A stretch of DNA of 64,000 bases from an uncultured virus (IMG/VR IMGVR_UViG_3300009155_005562) (IMGVR_UViG_3300009155_005562), one strand, 5' to 3'. Numbered from the stretch's first letter, positions 7,992 through 18,237 are shown. Notes: generated by a model from the letters alone, not told the origin. Translations and numbers: made by a program.

Positions 7992-9808
7992 AAGATAAGT
8001 TAATTAACTTTTTACTATGGGGTGCAATTGTTATCTCTGTTTTATTATTAGCTGCTATTAAGCCTGCTAAAGCAGATATAATTACCGTCCCTATTCCTGG
8101 TGCACCTGGACTAAACGTAACAGTAGGTACAGGTGTAAATGCTATACCTCTTGCTGAAATAAAAAACAACCCTCAAGCCTTTAACGTTACTATGGGTGAT
8201 GATAGTAACGTTAATATACCTTTAGGGTTTACTTTTCCTTTCTTTGGTCAAAGCTTTACAAACTCATGGATGTATTCTAATGGTGGAGTAAGTTTTAAAG
8301 GTCCAGATGTTCCTGGAGGCTTTTGCTGCGCAGGAGAAAACTTAAACACCTTAAGAAACCCAGCATACAATTATTCCATTGTTCCTTTATGGACTGATTT
8401 AATAGCATATCAAGGAGGAAGTCATTATTACTTACGCGAAGCTAATGCATTAACATATGGGTGGTACGGAGTAAGTCAGTATGGAAATATTAATAATAGA
8501 AATAGCTTCGAAGTAAAAATTGATGCTTCCGGTCTTGTTGATACTAGAATAGCCGGAGCACTTGTAACCGGAAGCCCGGTTACTTCAGGCATGATTGGAG
8601 ATATAAGCAAGGGTGAGTTTTATCAATTCTATCACGGGAGCGGGATAAACATAAATCAAGGTGGATCTGTTTCATGGCAAGCACTAGGAGGAACAGGCGG
8701 AGGAAATCCTTGTATAATTAATCCTCTATTCGATGCTTCTTGCCCGGGATATGCTGAAGCGTATCTTGCCCAGCAGTGCACTATAACTGCTCTGTTTAGT
8801 TCTTCCTGCCCCGGTTACGGTGCAGCATATTATATTCAACAATGTTCTTTAAACGCGCTGTACGATACTGGATGCCCAGGGTATACACAAGCATATTATA
8901 ATCAGCAATGTTCTACTGATCCTTTATACGACACTGGTTGCCCTGGCTACAATCAAGCTTATTACAACCATCAATGCTCTTTAAATCCTCTCTATGATAC
9001 TGGTTGCCCGGGATATGAGTTAGCGTATTACAATCAGCAATGTTCGTTGAATCCATTATATCATACTGGTTGCCCAGGGTACAGCACTGCTTACTTTAAT
9101 CAACAATGCAATCTTAATGGACTATACGATAGAACCTGTCCAAAGTATGCTGAAGAATATGCCAAGCAACATATAATAAACACTCCTAAACCCGAAACTG
9201 CGTCAACAACTGCGGTCTCGACTTCTTCAAACTCTCCTTCATCTGTAGCCCTTGTACCTGATGCAGTAGTTAATCAGACCATTACATCAACTGCTACAAC
9301 CGCTGCACCGACAGGAGCTGCGCCAGCCGCTCCTGTAAACCTTACAGCTCAGCCTCAGTCTACACAAATGCAATCGCCGATGGAGCAAGGTCAACCTGGT
9401 AAACAAGAATCGAAACCTGAGTCTAAATCAGAACCCAAGTCAGAAACTAAAACTGAAAGCAAGCCTGAGTCAGCTAAAATGGCTTCAGCTAGAGCCGCTG
9501 CTAAAGAATCTGCGCAGAAATCAAATGCTGAAAAAGGATCGCAAGCTGCTGCTAACATGGGACAAGCTAAATCAATGAACGAACAAATTAATAATCAGGG
9601 TATTGTAATAGGAGCAATGGGATTTGTTCCCGGGTTTGATGCTTATTTAAACAATACTCTTAAAGATATTCAGTTTTATAAGAAGGTAGAAGTTTATAAA
9701 AATCAAAATAATGTTGATAATATACGCTTGCTTCGTGGTTTATCAGGTGGTAGTGACAGGCTTCATGAAAAAATGATCGATAGTCAATACTCACTAAAAG
9801 GTAACTAA
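7988..9808 (+). CDS. Secreted/anchored protein with NIDO-like domain, seven Cys-rich repeats and low-complexity linker
   Basis: N-terminal hydrophobic helix; GDD...IPLGFTFPFFG...SNG...PLWTDL nidogen-like motif; 22-aa repeats. Confidence 0.7.
   Translation: MKDKLINFLLWGAIVISVLLLAAIKPAKADIITVPIPGAPGLNVTVGTGVNAIPLAEIKNNPQAFNVTMGDDSNVNIPLGFTFPFFGQSFTNSWMYSNGGVSFKGPDVPGGFCCAGENLNTLRNPAYNYSIVPLWTDLIAYQGGSHYYLREANALTYGWYGVSQYGNINNRNSFEVKIDASGLVDTRIAGALVTGSPVTSGMIGDISKGEFYQFYHGSGININQGGSVSWQALGGTGGGNPCIINPLFDASCPGYAEAYLAQQCTITALFSSSCPGYGAAYYIQQCSLNALYDTGCPGYTQAYYNQQCSTDPLYDTGCPGYNQAYYNHQCSLNPLYDTGCPGYELAYYNQQCSLNPLYHTGCPGYSTAYFNQQCNLNGLYDRTCPKYAEEYAKQHIINTPKPETASTTAVSTSSNSPSSVALVPDAVVNQTITSTATTAAPTGAAPAAPVNLTAQPQSTQMQSPMEQGQPGKQESKPESKSEPKSETKTESKPESAKMASARAAAKESAQKSNAEKGSQAAANMGQAKSMNEQINNQGIVIGAMGFVPGFDAYLNNTLKDIQFYKKVEVYKNQNNVDNIRLLRGLSGGSDRLHEKMIDSQYSLKGN
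8711..9172 (+). repeat. Seven 66-bp (22-aa) Cys-pair repeats, consensus CSLNPLYDTGCPGYxxAYYNQQ
   Basis: Read from translation. Confidence 0.85.
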
Positions 9809-9809
9809 A

Positions 9810-10334
9810 ATGTTAGAAGAAAAAAACTTAGAAGAACAAATTGCTGATACTGAAATAAAGATTGGTAATTTTAGCTTTACCCCAATGAAGTTAATGTTAG
9901 CTGGATCTATTGTATCAGCTGTTGTAGGAACTCTCTGGGGTGGATTTGAAATCTACAAAGATTATATGGATATGAAAGAAGCAATTCAAACTTACGTTGC
10001 TCCAGACTTATCTGAAATCGATAAGAAGTTAGCTATAGTAGAAGAAAACTCTGCTAAATCTACTGATTATACTAGAGATATTAAAAATGATCTCAAAGCT
10101 GATATTCGTAGACTAGAGGAAGTAGTTGAGCAGGTCGAAAGAAATACTAAACAATCACAGCGTGATATGGATAATGCTGTTAAAGATTCTAGAACTGATA
10201 TGAGCAAGTTGGATAAGGATCTTCGCTCAGAGATGACTAGAATCGATAAAGAGAATGATGGTGAATTTAGAAAGCTTCGTAAGGATGTAGATGATAAAAT
10301 CAAGAAAGCTCTTGATAATCCTCTAGCTAATTAA
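9810..10334 (+). CDS. Single-TM coiled-coil protein
   Basis: TM helix followed by a charged heptad-rich region. Confidence 0.7.
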   Translation: MLEEKNLEEQIADTEIKIGNFSFTPMKLMLAGSIVSAVVGTLWGGFEIYKDYMDMKEAIQTYVAPDLSEIDKKLAIVEENSAKSTDYTRDIKNDLKADIRRLEEVVEQVERNTKQSQRDMDNAVKDSRTDMSKLDKDLRSEMTRIDKENDGEFRKLRKDVDDKIKKALDNPLAN

Positions 10335-10538
10335 GCTCTATTAGAGGCCCTAGCTCCTAGATCGGACATAAAGCTAGCGGCCTCTATTTCATTTGTAAAA
10401 TACCTAGTAATAGATTCAATAGTCTTTTCATTAAAAAGAATTAGAAGAATCCCTCTACTACCCATAGAACTTGCTTTAACAGTCCAGTCACCAACCTTAA
10501 TTGAATTAAGAGAAACATAAAGGTGATATGACTTTTCT

Positions 10539-11009
10539 TTAGCTTTTTTCTTTTCTGTCATAATTATCTCTAAAAAGGTCTAGTAGGATTCTTTCGTTAA
10601 TATAAGCTTCTCGTTCCCATGGACTGTTAATTCCGTCATCCTCACTATGTTCTTGCTTCTTCCAATAATTCTTATTATTAGAGAATTTAAGCTCTTTCCT
10701 ATAATATTGTCTAGCGTGAACCATTTCATGAGCCAGAGTAGAAAGCATATCATCAATATCTTTAGTATTTAGTATCTCAATATCAAACTCCGGCTCATTA
10801 AAGTCATTATTAAACGAGCAATAACCAAGAGCAGATTGTTCAAGTTTATTCTTTACATTGATAAAGAAATGTATCTTATAAAGTGAGTTCTGAGTAAAAA
10901 TCTTTGAAGCGAAAAACTCCACAGCATTTCTTAGAATTTTTCTACTACGACCACGAATAGTAAAGTTAGCCAGCTTTCCTTCTTCATAATCGTATTTGTA
11001 ATATTTCAT
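10539..11009 (-). CDS. HEXXH zinc metallopeptidase-like (SprT-like)
   Basis: LAHEMVHARQY ... PWEREAY. Confidence 0.75.
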   Translation of the reverse strand: MKYYKYDYEEGKLANFTIRGRSRKILRNAVEFFASKIFTQNSLYKIHFFINVKNKLEQSALGYCSFNNDFNEPEFDIEILNTKDIDDMLSTLAHEMVHARQYYRKELKFSNNKNYWKKQEHSEDDGINSPWEREAYINERILLDLFRDNYDRKEKS

Positions 11010-12391
11010 TTAAATGTATCAAAAATATCTTTATTAAACTTCTTTTCTCCCCTCAACCTCTCTCCTGTAGAAGACTGATCGAAAAGGGGCTTATCATCTA
11101 TAATATCGTCTTGCGCGACTTGCTCGACGTTATAAAGTCTCATCTTCGCCCGGTCAATACCAACCACAAACTTGCGATGCATGCTTGGATCATTGTACCT
11201 GTTCTTAAGTTGTTTGACCAGTATTTGGCCAAGATCTTCCATTTCCTCGGTCGATATAAGAGCGAACATAAAATCGGCAGTCGCCGGTAGCCCGAAACTC
11301 TCGCTAGTGTCTTCGAGACCGAGATCAGTATTAGTATAACCTGAACGCGTAGTTTGAGTAGCCGAAACAATCGGAACGTTGAATTCAACAGCGAGGCCGC
11401 GTAGTTCTTCAGCAATCGATTTAATATACGTATACGAATTAACATTCGAACCATACTTCAGCCTTGAAGACATGCAGATGTTTAAGTAGTCGATATAGAT
11501 TATATCAGGAACGAAATTTCTTTTCAACTTCAATTCATTCATAAGATGCCTGAAGTGCCCGGCACCAGCTGATGCAGTAGGATATTCTTTAATAATAAGC
11601 TTGCCTGTAGTCTTACTCTTAACCCTCTCTACCTTTTTTTCATATGTCTCTTTTGGAAGCATAGTAAGCATATCCATAGCCTCGTTCAAAAGATTAGCAT
11701 CAATTCTTTCTGCAATCTTTTCTTCAGCCATTTCCATTGTAATGTAAAGAACATTATAACCGGATGATAAGTTAGACGCTGCGCAGTGACACATAAACAA
11801 TGACTTACCAACACCGGTACCCGCAAGTGCAATATTAAGAGTCTTTAATGGTAGTCCGCCTTTAGTAATAGTATTAAAGTAATCTAAGTCAAAGGGAACT
11901 CTTCTCTCTTTCTGATGATAAAATTCATAGCGGGCTTCGTAATCGTCTAAAAAATCATGACCGATATGAGTATCAAACGATATTGCTAATGCATCAGATA
12001 GAATTTTAGGAATATTACCTTTACCATTATCAGACTGTCCATTCATAATTTGAATAGACTCCATAATAGCATTGTAAATAGCTTTATCCTGACAAAACTT
12101 TTCAGTCTGATCTACTAACCAGCGCTCATCAGACTTTACTTCTTCTAGTGTCTGAATGTTCTCAACTAGAAGTTTATGCTCTTCGTCATTAAGACCAGCT
12201 ACTTCAGCGGCCTCAATAACCAGTGCTGCTTTAGTAGGCACTGTATTATATTTGTCAACATAAACATCAATAAGTTTATAGAGCTTCTTATCTAGTTTAT
12301 TCTGAAAATAATCTTCTTTAAGGAATGGAAGAGTCTTACGTGCAAACGTTTCATTGTAAAGTAAGTTAGAAAAGATACTCTTTTCAATCAT
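11006..12391 (-). CDS. 41: DnaB-like replicative helicase gp41
   Basis: LAGTGVGKSLFMC, YITMEMAEE, IAEELRGLAVE, SESFGLPATAD, KQLKNRY. Confidence 0.97.
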   Translation of the reverse strand: MIEKSIFSNLLYNETFARKTLPFLKEDYFQNKLDKKLYKLIDVYVDKYNTVPTKAALVIEAAEVAGLNDEEHKLLVENIQTLEEVKSDERWLVDQTEKFCQDKAIYNAIMESIQIMNGQSDNGKGNIPKILSDALAISFDTHIGHDFLDDYEARYEFYHQKERRVPFDLDYFNTITKGGLPLKTLNIALAGTGVGKSLFMCHCAASNLSSGYNVLYITMEMAEEKIAERIDANLLNEAMDMLTMLPKETYEKKVERVKSKTTGKLIIKEYPTASAGAGHFRHLMNELKLKRNFVPDIIYIDYLNICMSSRLKYGSNVNSYTYIKSIAEELRGLAVEFNVPIVSATQTTRSGYTNTDLGLEDTSESFGLPATADFMFALISTEEMEDLGQILVKQLKNRYNDPSMHRKFVVGIDRAKMRLYNVEQVAQDDIIDDKPLFDQSSTGERLRGEKKFNKDIFDTFK

Positions 12392-13430
12392 CAGTATCAG
12401 TCACCTGTGATTGTTGACCTGCACCGTAACTAAACTCTTTCTTAGCTACGTCTTCTAGCCTTGCCATGACTTCTTCTGTAAAATACTTCTCGGGGTTACG
12501 ATTAATTTCCTTACCAAATACTTTAGAGCCATCTGGTAATTCATAGCGGGTTGATGACTTAACAAAGATATTATGTTTCTCTGCTAGGTCTAGAAGCCCG
12601 TAATATCTGTCGAGGCCTTTGTCGTAAGTAAGTAGCACTTCTGCTTGAGCGTGCTCTTTAGAGAGACGGGACTTATACATTTTGACTCGGATAACGTTTC
12701 CGATAACTTCATCTCCGTCTTTTTCTTTCTTTTTGCTAAGCATTGCAATAGTGCTGGCAGCGTATTTAAGGCCTGAACCACCTGATACCTCCTTCATAGG
12801 GACATAAGAGCCAACCATTTCATAGACGTGGTTGGTAACTAGCATCGGAACTCGCACCTTAGCAAGTTTCAATGTAAGTACACGGAAGGTAGCTTTAATG
12901 ACTTGCGATTTAGTCATATCTCGCGTATCCTTACCTTCAAGACTATCTTCCATTTCCTTAGAAGTAGATAACAGGCCTAGAGAATCAAGCACAAACATCA
13001 TAGGAGGACGCTTTTCTTCCGGCTGCTTTTCATATGCCTCGATCATTCTTAGCGCATGAGTCTTAAACTTCTGAATTGTATCTGGTTCTGCAATAATGAC
13101 TCGGTTAGTATCGATACCGCGTTCTTCCATCATCTGCTTTGTGACCGCCGCTTCGGTGTCGTAGTAGACAACTCCTCCGGTTGGGTTTCGGTCAAGGAAA
13201 GATCGGACGACCCCAAGAACGAAAAAAGTTTTACCAGTAGCGGACTCCCCTGCAAAAGCAGTAACTTTATTATCAGGTACGCCGCCATAGAGGCTACCAG
13301 AGAGGACAGCGTTGAGAATATAGCTGCCAGTATCAATAAAGCCCCCAAACTCAGCACTGCCATTGCCGTCAGCGGCAATACAAGTATCTTCATCTTTAAT
13401 CGTCTCCACTAAATCTCTAAAAAAGCTCAT
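12384..13430 (-). CDS. uvsX: RecA-like recombinase UvsX
   Basis: FAGESATGKT, YYDTE, LDSLG, GGSGLKYAAS. Confidence 0.95.
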   Translation of the reverse strand: MSFFRDLVETIKDEDTCIAADGNGSAEFGGFIDTGSYILNAVLSGSLYGGVPDNKVTAFAGESATGKTFFVLGVVRSFLDRNPTGGVVYYDTEAAVTKQMMEERGIDTNRVIIAEPDTIQKFKTHALRMIEAYEKQPEEKRPPMMFVLDSLGLLSTSKEMEDSLEGKDTRDMTKSQVIKATFRVLTLKLAKVRVPMLVTNHVYEMVGSYVPMKEVSGGSGLKYAASTIAMLSKKKEKDGDEVIGNVIRVKMYKSRLSKEHAQAEVLLTYDKGLDRYYGLLDLAEKHNIFVKSSTRYELPDGSKVFGKEINRNPEKYFTEEVMARLEDVAKKEFSYGAGQQSQVTDTDD

Positions 13431-13443
13431 CGTCTATCCTTTA

Positions 13444-13620
13444 TTAAAAGCGTGCACATTTCATAATATAATCTATTACTCGCTCAGAATCAACTTCAAA
13501 TATATCGATTGGTTTTTGCATATCAAAAGCTTTGTTTGGACCATTCCACCAGCGCTCTACCAAGGTGTCATCACCAACCATAGCAAATAAAATACCATCT
13601 AATTGAGACTTTTCTATCAT
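13444..13620 (-). CDS. Small protein resembling the Xre/MbcA/ParS antitoxin C-terminal domain (not in ORF track)
   Basis: 58 aa; ERWWNGPNKAFDMQKPIDIF. Confidence 0.45.
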   Translation of the reverse strand: MIEKSQLDGILFAMVGDDTLVERWWNGPNKAFDMQKPIDIFEVDSERVIDYIMKCARF

Positions 13621-13621
13621 A

Positions 13622-14113
13622 TTAATCCCACAAATCCTGATAATAATTACCGAAGAGTTCTAGACCTTCATTGATACGTTGCAGATGCATCATACGACCG
13701 TCCCAGTCACATTCACCTCGAACCTTCCATTTAATTTCTCCACCCTTGTACCAATCGATTTCAGGCTTGACTAGCCAATATTGCTCTTCCCAATCATCGT
13801 CTAGAACTTGCTCAAATGACCAAATCATTTTATCCAAGATTTCAATCCAATGCTTATGACCAGCATCCCATGCATCTTGATTTCCGTCTGCATAGAAGTC
13901 AAAGCATAGTTGAGGATATTGATCAGATGTTTGTTGAAATTCTGGAAGGCTTCCTGGTGAACCTTGTTTGTTAGCTTTAATCTGCTTAAGCATAGGAAGG
14001 ATAATAAGTGCAAGCGTATGATCCATACCCCATGTATCCCACTTGTCGATACGGATATCAATCTTACGCTCTTTAGTACTATCTTTAGGATACCTACCGA
14101 TATGCACTTTCAA
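13622..14113 (-). CDS. Conserved T4-like hypothetical protein
   Basis: DTWGMDHTLALII...GLELFGNYYQDLWD. Confidence 0.7.
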   Translation of the reverse strand: MKVHIGRYPKDSTKERKIDIRIDKWDTWGMDHTLALIILPMLKQIKANKQGSPGSLPEFQQTSDQYPQLCFDFYADGNQDAWDAGHKHWIEILDKMIWSFEQVLDDDWEEQYWLVKPEIDWYKGGEIKWKVRGECDWDGRMMHLQRINEGLELFGNYYQDLWD

Positions 14114-14289
14114 AATAAAGCCTCTTCAAAGTTATTCCAGTCAATAATAGGCTTAATTATACGCTCTTCCTTAATTAAGTACCATCCATCTCTTTTATTA
14201 ATAAAGACCTCAGCATATCGTTTAGTTTCAAATTTACGAAACTTATCTCCGAACTCATCTGCTGCATAATAAAAATACTTCATAGAATA

Positions 14290-14562
14290 TTAGCCGTTGT
14301 AAACCTCATTAAGTTTTTCTCTAAAGGCTTCAATTTTTTCTACACGATTAGGCCAGTAAATATATTCTTTCTCTGGATTTTTTGCAAGATTATTTAATAG
14401 AGGTACTATCATATTGTAGAGCTTATCTATTTTTTGTGCTGTAGCAGATGCTACTTTAGTAGTAGAAACTACTGTTTCTTGAGCTTCTTGAACAGCTTCA
14501 AGTTCAGTCTCATTAACTAAACTAAATCCAAAGTCAAAATCATCGTTAATTTTTAAGTTCAT
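14290..14562 (-). CDS. Conserved T4-like hypothetical protein
   Basis: DFDFGFS...PLLNNL.KNPEKEYIYWPNR. Confidence 0.7.
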   Translation of the reverse strand: MNLKINDDFDFGFSLVNETELEAVQEAQETVVSTTKVASATAQKIDKLYNMIVPLLNNLAKNPEKEYIYWPNRVEKIEAFREKLNEVYNG

Positions 14563-17096
14563 ACGAAAAATCCTTCTAGCGTGCTTCTACGTTCTGTTTC
14601 CCATCCGATAACGTCTAGAATACCTTTGAGAGGCTCAATAAATGCCTTCTCAAACTGCTTATCATAGTCGATCATATGATCGAGCTCTAGTTCCTTAGGC
14701 AGTTTGCCAGGAGTAGTAATAACGTGCTCACCGAGATAGTTAGGCGACTTTAGATAACAGAACTTAATCTTATCGCCTTTGTTAATTAGATCATATCTCT
14801 TGTCTAAGCCTCTCTCCTTCAACGCATGATTATAGAGAATAGCACCTTTAACGTGAATTGGAGTACCAGTCTTAAATATCTTACCGCCGCTCTTATCTTG
14901 CCACTTGTCCAGCTCTTTACACCCTCGAGGGAACGCTATAGCATCAAAACCAAGCTTCTTAAACTCGTCTCGCTCTTGCGCGATAAAATTAATTAGATCG
15001 TCTTCCGTCTTCTCGATAATAAGCTTGATAGCTTTTTTAATAAGAGTTCTACAAGACGCAGGTGTTGAAGACCTAACTGCTTCGATGCCCATCATCTTCA
15101 GTTTAGGCTCCGCATACTGCACGCCTTCTGAGTTATGGACATTAAGGATGTATCGTTTCTTAGCGGTGAAAATTCCCTTATTAGCGATTACTTCTCGCTT
15201 CATCTTCATCTTTTGATCGTATGCATTTACATAAAGAGCAAGCTCTTCATAGCATTTATCAATATAAGGCTCGAGCACCTGGTCGCAGAACTTATCTAGA
15301 AACTTAACTGTTTTTTCATCAGTCTGATCCGGAGCAGCATGCTGTACTAGTCTGTCCAAGGTAATATACATTGAATCAGTATCTACAGCTAATACGTAAT
15401 CAATGCCGTTCGTTTTAAGAGTCTTGTTTAGATACTCATTAATCTTCTTTTCCATCCAGCGGATGGATAGTTGACCTGACTTAGTGATTGACTCCGCGTA
15501 GCGAGGGTCAAACCAGCGGAAAAACATATTGCCAAGTGCACCATAAGCGCTATTCAGCTGAATTTTCTTAGCAAGCTGCATATTATGACAACGTGCAATT
15601 TCCTTCTCGAATTCATACGAAGGATTAGCTTCATACTTCTTCTTAGCTTCAATCATCAACTTCTTATACTTGACGCGGTCATTATACATCTGTTCCATCA
15701 GCTTAGGTAGAAACCCTTGATAGTCTCTATCAAAGTAGCAGCCAGAAGCAGCAACAGTATAGTTCTGCGTTAGCATCTCGTTTCTAATTGAGAGATCGTT
15801 TAGAGCTCCGTTAAGTATCTTTTCGATGCCTGAGTCAGTTGCAAGTGCTGCAAACGTTCCCTTATAGGTCTCAGGTGAGATATTATATTGCATGATTAGA
15901 TGAGGATATAGACTATTCAGGTCAAACGATACCACCCACTTGTGCATACCGAGCTGAGGGTCCTTAACATAGGCACCTACAATCTGCTTGTCCTTTTCCC
16001 GCCTGTCAGCTACGTCAAAGTTAGGAACTACAATACCTTGACCCATAAGATAGTTATGGATAATAATATCCCACATTCGAACGGAAGTAAACGTATCAAG
16101 ATAGTTGACCTTAGCATCGTATGCTAGAGCAAATACCTGCTCGATAAACTTAAGCTTATCTTCTAGCCTGTCAACTAGCTGAACGTCTCGAATGTTATAA
16201 TTAATATAGTTCTGGAAGTCATTTTTATAGAAGTCATCCAGATTATCAAAGCCTAGAGCATTATAGTCTAGCTTCTTTTCACCTAGTTCAACAAATGCAA
16301 TATGATCTAGCTTATAGCTTTCTTGATTAGTAAACGAAAACTTCTTGTGAAGTTGCAAATAATCAAGAATTGTAACGCCAACGATGATAGGAATATTAAA
16401 CGTCTTGCCTGCTATTTCTACCTCGCGTTCTGATAGAAGACCCCATGGTGAAAGTCGCTTAGCTGATTCCGGTCCTACCAAACGCGTAACACGATTAATG
16501 ATGTAAGGCATATCAAAGAACTCTACGTTCCAGCCTGTAACGATATCAGGCAAAAACTGCTTTGATCGCCAAACGGTAATAAACTTATTGATTAAATCTA
16601 GCTCATCCTTGCAACGAAGATATGTTACGTTTTCGTCAGTAACGGTATATTCGTGATATCCGAAGACGACGTATTTTCCGTTTTTAGCGAGGGTGATTGC
16701 TGTGAGGGGTCTTTCTGCTGTCGAGATGTCTGGAAAACCGCCCGTCGCCTCGATTTCGATATCGATTGAGACAACTGAGATTTTCTTCGCATCATAGTCC
16801 ACCTCTCCGGAGTAGTGTTCGTTAATAAACGGATATACCCAGTTAGTCATCCCGTAGATTTCTTTACCGGAGATATCGGAATTTTCCTTAATATAGTTTC
16901 TAGCTTCGTAGGGATTATCAAAAACCTTCTTATATACTGTACGACCCTGAAGAGTTTTATACTCATCAAGACTTACCCGGTCGGTAGTAAATAAGAAAGG
17001 CTCGCATGGAACGGTATATTGAACTCGTTCCCCGCTTTCATAACCTCGAATTAGAAATTCACCTTTATACAGGTGGACGTTAGTATAAAATCTCAT
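14559..17096 (-). CDS. 43: Family B DNA polymerase gp43
   Basis: Exo DIE; DLNSLYP; KIQLNSAYG; DTDS; KKRY; C-terminal clamp-binding TLEGFF. Confidence 0.98.
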   Translation of the reverse strand: MRFYTNVHLYKGEFLIRGYESGERVQYTVPCEPFLFTTDRVSLDEYKTLQGRTVYKKVFDNPYEARNYIKENSDISGKEIYGMTNWVYPFINEHYSGEVDYDAKKISVVSIDIEIEATGGFPDISTAERPLTAITLAKNGKYVVFGYHEYTVTDENVTYLRCKDELDLINKFITVWRSKQFLPDIVTGWNVEFFDMPYIINRVTRLVGPESAKRLSPWGLLSEREVEIAGKTFNIPIIVGVTILDYLQLHKKFSFTNQESYKLDHIAFVELGEKKLDYNALGFDNLDDFYKNDFQNYINYNIRDVQLVDRLEDKLKFIEQVFALAYDAKVNYLDTFTSVRMWDIIIHNYLMGQGIVVPNFDVADRREKDKQIVGAYVKDPQLGMHKWVVSFDLNSLYPHLIMQYNISPETYKGTFAALATDSGIEKILNGALNDLSIRNEMLTQNYTVAASGCYFDRDYQGFLPKLMEQMYNDRVKYKKLMIEAKKKYEANPSYEFEKEIARCHNMQLAKKIQLNSAYGALGNMFFRWFDPRYAESITKSGQLSIRWMEKKINEYLNKTLKTNGIDYVLAVDTDSMYITLDRLVQHAAPDQTDEKTVKFLDKFCDQVLEPYIDKCYEELALYVNAYDQKMKMKREVIANKGIFTAKKRYILNVHNSEGVQYAEPKLKMMGIEAVRSSTPASCRTLIKKAIKLIIEKTEDDLINFIAQERDEFKKLGFDAIAFPRGCKELDKWQDKSGGKIFKTGTPIHVKGAILYNHALKERGLDKRYDLINKGDKIKFCYLKSPNYLGEHVITTPGKLPKELELDHMIDYDKQFEKAFIEPLKGILDVIGWETERRSTLEGFFV

Positions 17097-17111
17097 TATG
17101 AAGATTTAATC

Positions 17112-17405
17112 TCACTTCATTGTCTTAGCAACTACGAGCCCTGATCCGTAAATACGGTTGTAGTTATTTAGGAGCTCAACGTTAGGTGTGAAGGTGCACG
17201 TACGATGAACGGTGTCAAACGCAAACTCAACCTCTTCGGCATATGGGGCGAAAGGGATCAGCCCTACAGTAAAATTGCCAGATTGAGATGGAAGCATCTG
17301 AACAATAGCGATGTTCTTGAGCTTGAAAAAAGTTGCGTTATCGAAGGTAAGCTCGCCAATAAGCTCTTCCCCGTTAATCATACGAACAATTTTAATGCTA
17401 GCCAT
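17112..17405 (-). CDS. Conserved T4-like small protein (Sm-like fold)
   Basis: IKIVRMINGEELIG start; position upstream of gp43. Confidence 0.6.
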   Translation of the reverse strand: MASIKIVRMINGEELIGELTFDNATFFKLKNIAIVQMLPSQSGNFTVGLIPFAPYAEEVEFAFDTVHRTCTFTPNVELLNNYNRIYGSGLVVAKTMK

Positions 17406-17607
17406 TTAGATATCCAATAGTGTAGAGAATGGTAATTATAGTGCTTACAAAGAATAGACTCCACTCTTTCCACTTAAATGAAATATACATCCAACCAAAA
17501 TTACCTAGAAGATAAAAGATAAAATTGATAGGTGTAATATCATATGCTGTTAGCCCTGCTGCTAGCACTACGAAGAAAGATGATGCCCACTTAATAATTG
17601 TTTCCAT
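17398..17607 (-). CDS. Small multi-TM membrane protein (PnuC-like)
   Basis: Three hydrophobic segments; start placed at METIIKW. Confidence 0.5.
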   Translation of the reverse strand: METIIKWASSFFVVLAAGLTAYDITPINFIFYLLGNFGWMYISFKWKEWSLFFVSTIITILYTIGYLNG

Positions 17608-17611
17608 AGTA

Positions 17612-17631
17612 AAGGGGGCCGAAGCCCCCTC
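17612..17631 (-). terminator. GC hairpin with UUCG loop downstream of hsp20
   Basis: GAGGGGGC TTCG GCCCCCTTT. Confidence 0.6.
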
Positions 17632-17686
17632 CTTCAATTCCACTGATTTAGCCATGCCCATTCTTCATCAGTAACGGGCCACATGA

Positions 17687-18181
17687 TTAAGCCTTATCTT
17701 CAGTAAGAAGTTGCTTATCAGAAGAAGTACTGATTTCGATCTTCTTTGGCTTTTTGTGTTCAGGAATAATACGCTCAAGGAAAACCTTCAGCATGCCGTT
17801 TAGATATTCGGCATTTTTAATCTCAACCGTATCAGCGAGATTAAACTTGCGTGAGAAGGCACGGTCAGAAATACCCTTGTAGATATAGGTCTGATCAACA
17901 CCATCAGCAGTTAGAGAATCAAGAGTAGATTGGCCTTTAACTGTAAGAACGCTATCAATAAGCTCAAGCTCAAGCTCATGCTTAGCGAAGCCGGCCACTG
18001 CGAGTTCGATAACGTACTTGTTATCATCAACCTTCTTGATGTTGTATGGAGGATAGTTTGGAATGTTCTTAGCTACATCGTCATGGAACTTTGCCAGACG
18101 GTTAAAGGTTTCATCGAAACCAACAAAGAACTTATCGAGGTCCTTATAAGAACCGGTAAAGAGACTAGGAATTGTAGTCAT
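17687..18181 (-). CDS. hsp20: Small heat-shock protein Hsp20 (IbpA-like)
   Basis: NYPPYNI, IELAVAGF, GISDRAFSRKF, NGMLKV; start MTTIP after AAGGAG. Confidence 0.93.
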   Translation of the reverse strand: MTTIPSLFTGSYKDLDKFFVGFDETFNRLAKFHDDVAKNIPNYPPYNIKKVDDNKYVIELAVAGFAKHELELELIDSVLTVKGQSTLDSLTADGVDQTYIYKGISDRAFSRKFNLADTVEIKNAEYLNGMLKVFLERIIPEHKKPKKIEISTSSDKQLLTEDKA

Positions 18182-18236
18182 AAATTTCTCCTTAATTAAG
18201 CAAGATTGCAAATTGCGACCCCGAAGGCATCGCGTT
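18179..18236 (-). promoter_or_regulatory. ROSE-like RNA thermometer in hsp20 5' UTR
   Basis: UCUUGCUU-AAUU-AAGGAGA hairpin sequesters the SD with a bulged G; upstream UUCG hairpin. Confidence 0.65.
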
Positions 18237-18237
18237 A

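Noticed and set aside
8711..9172. 66-bp periodic repeats as a CRISPR array
   Set aside because: In-frame degenerate protein repeats with no repeat/unique-spacer structure
14559..17096. Intein or intron in gp43 (also checked gp41, gp17, gp46)
   Set aside because: Lengths and motif spacing are typical, with no insertion
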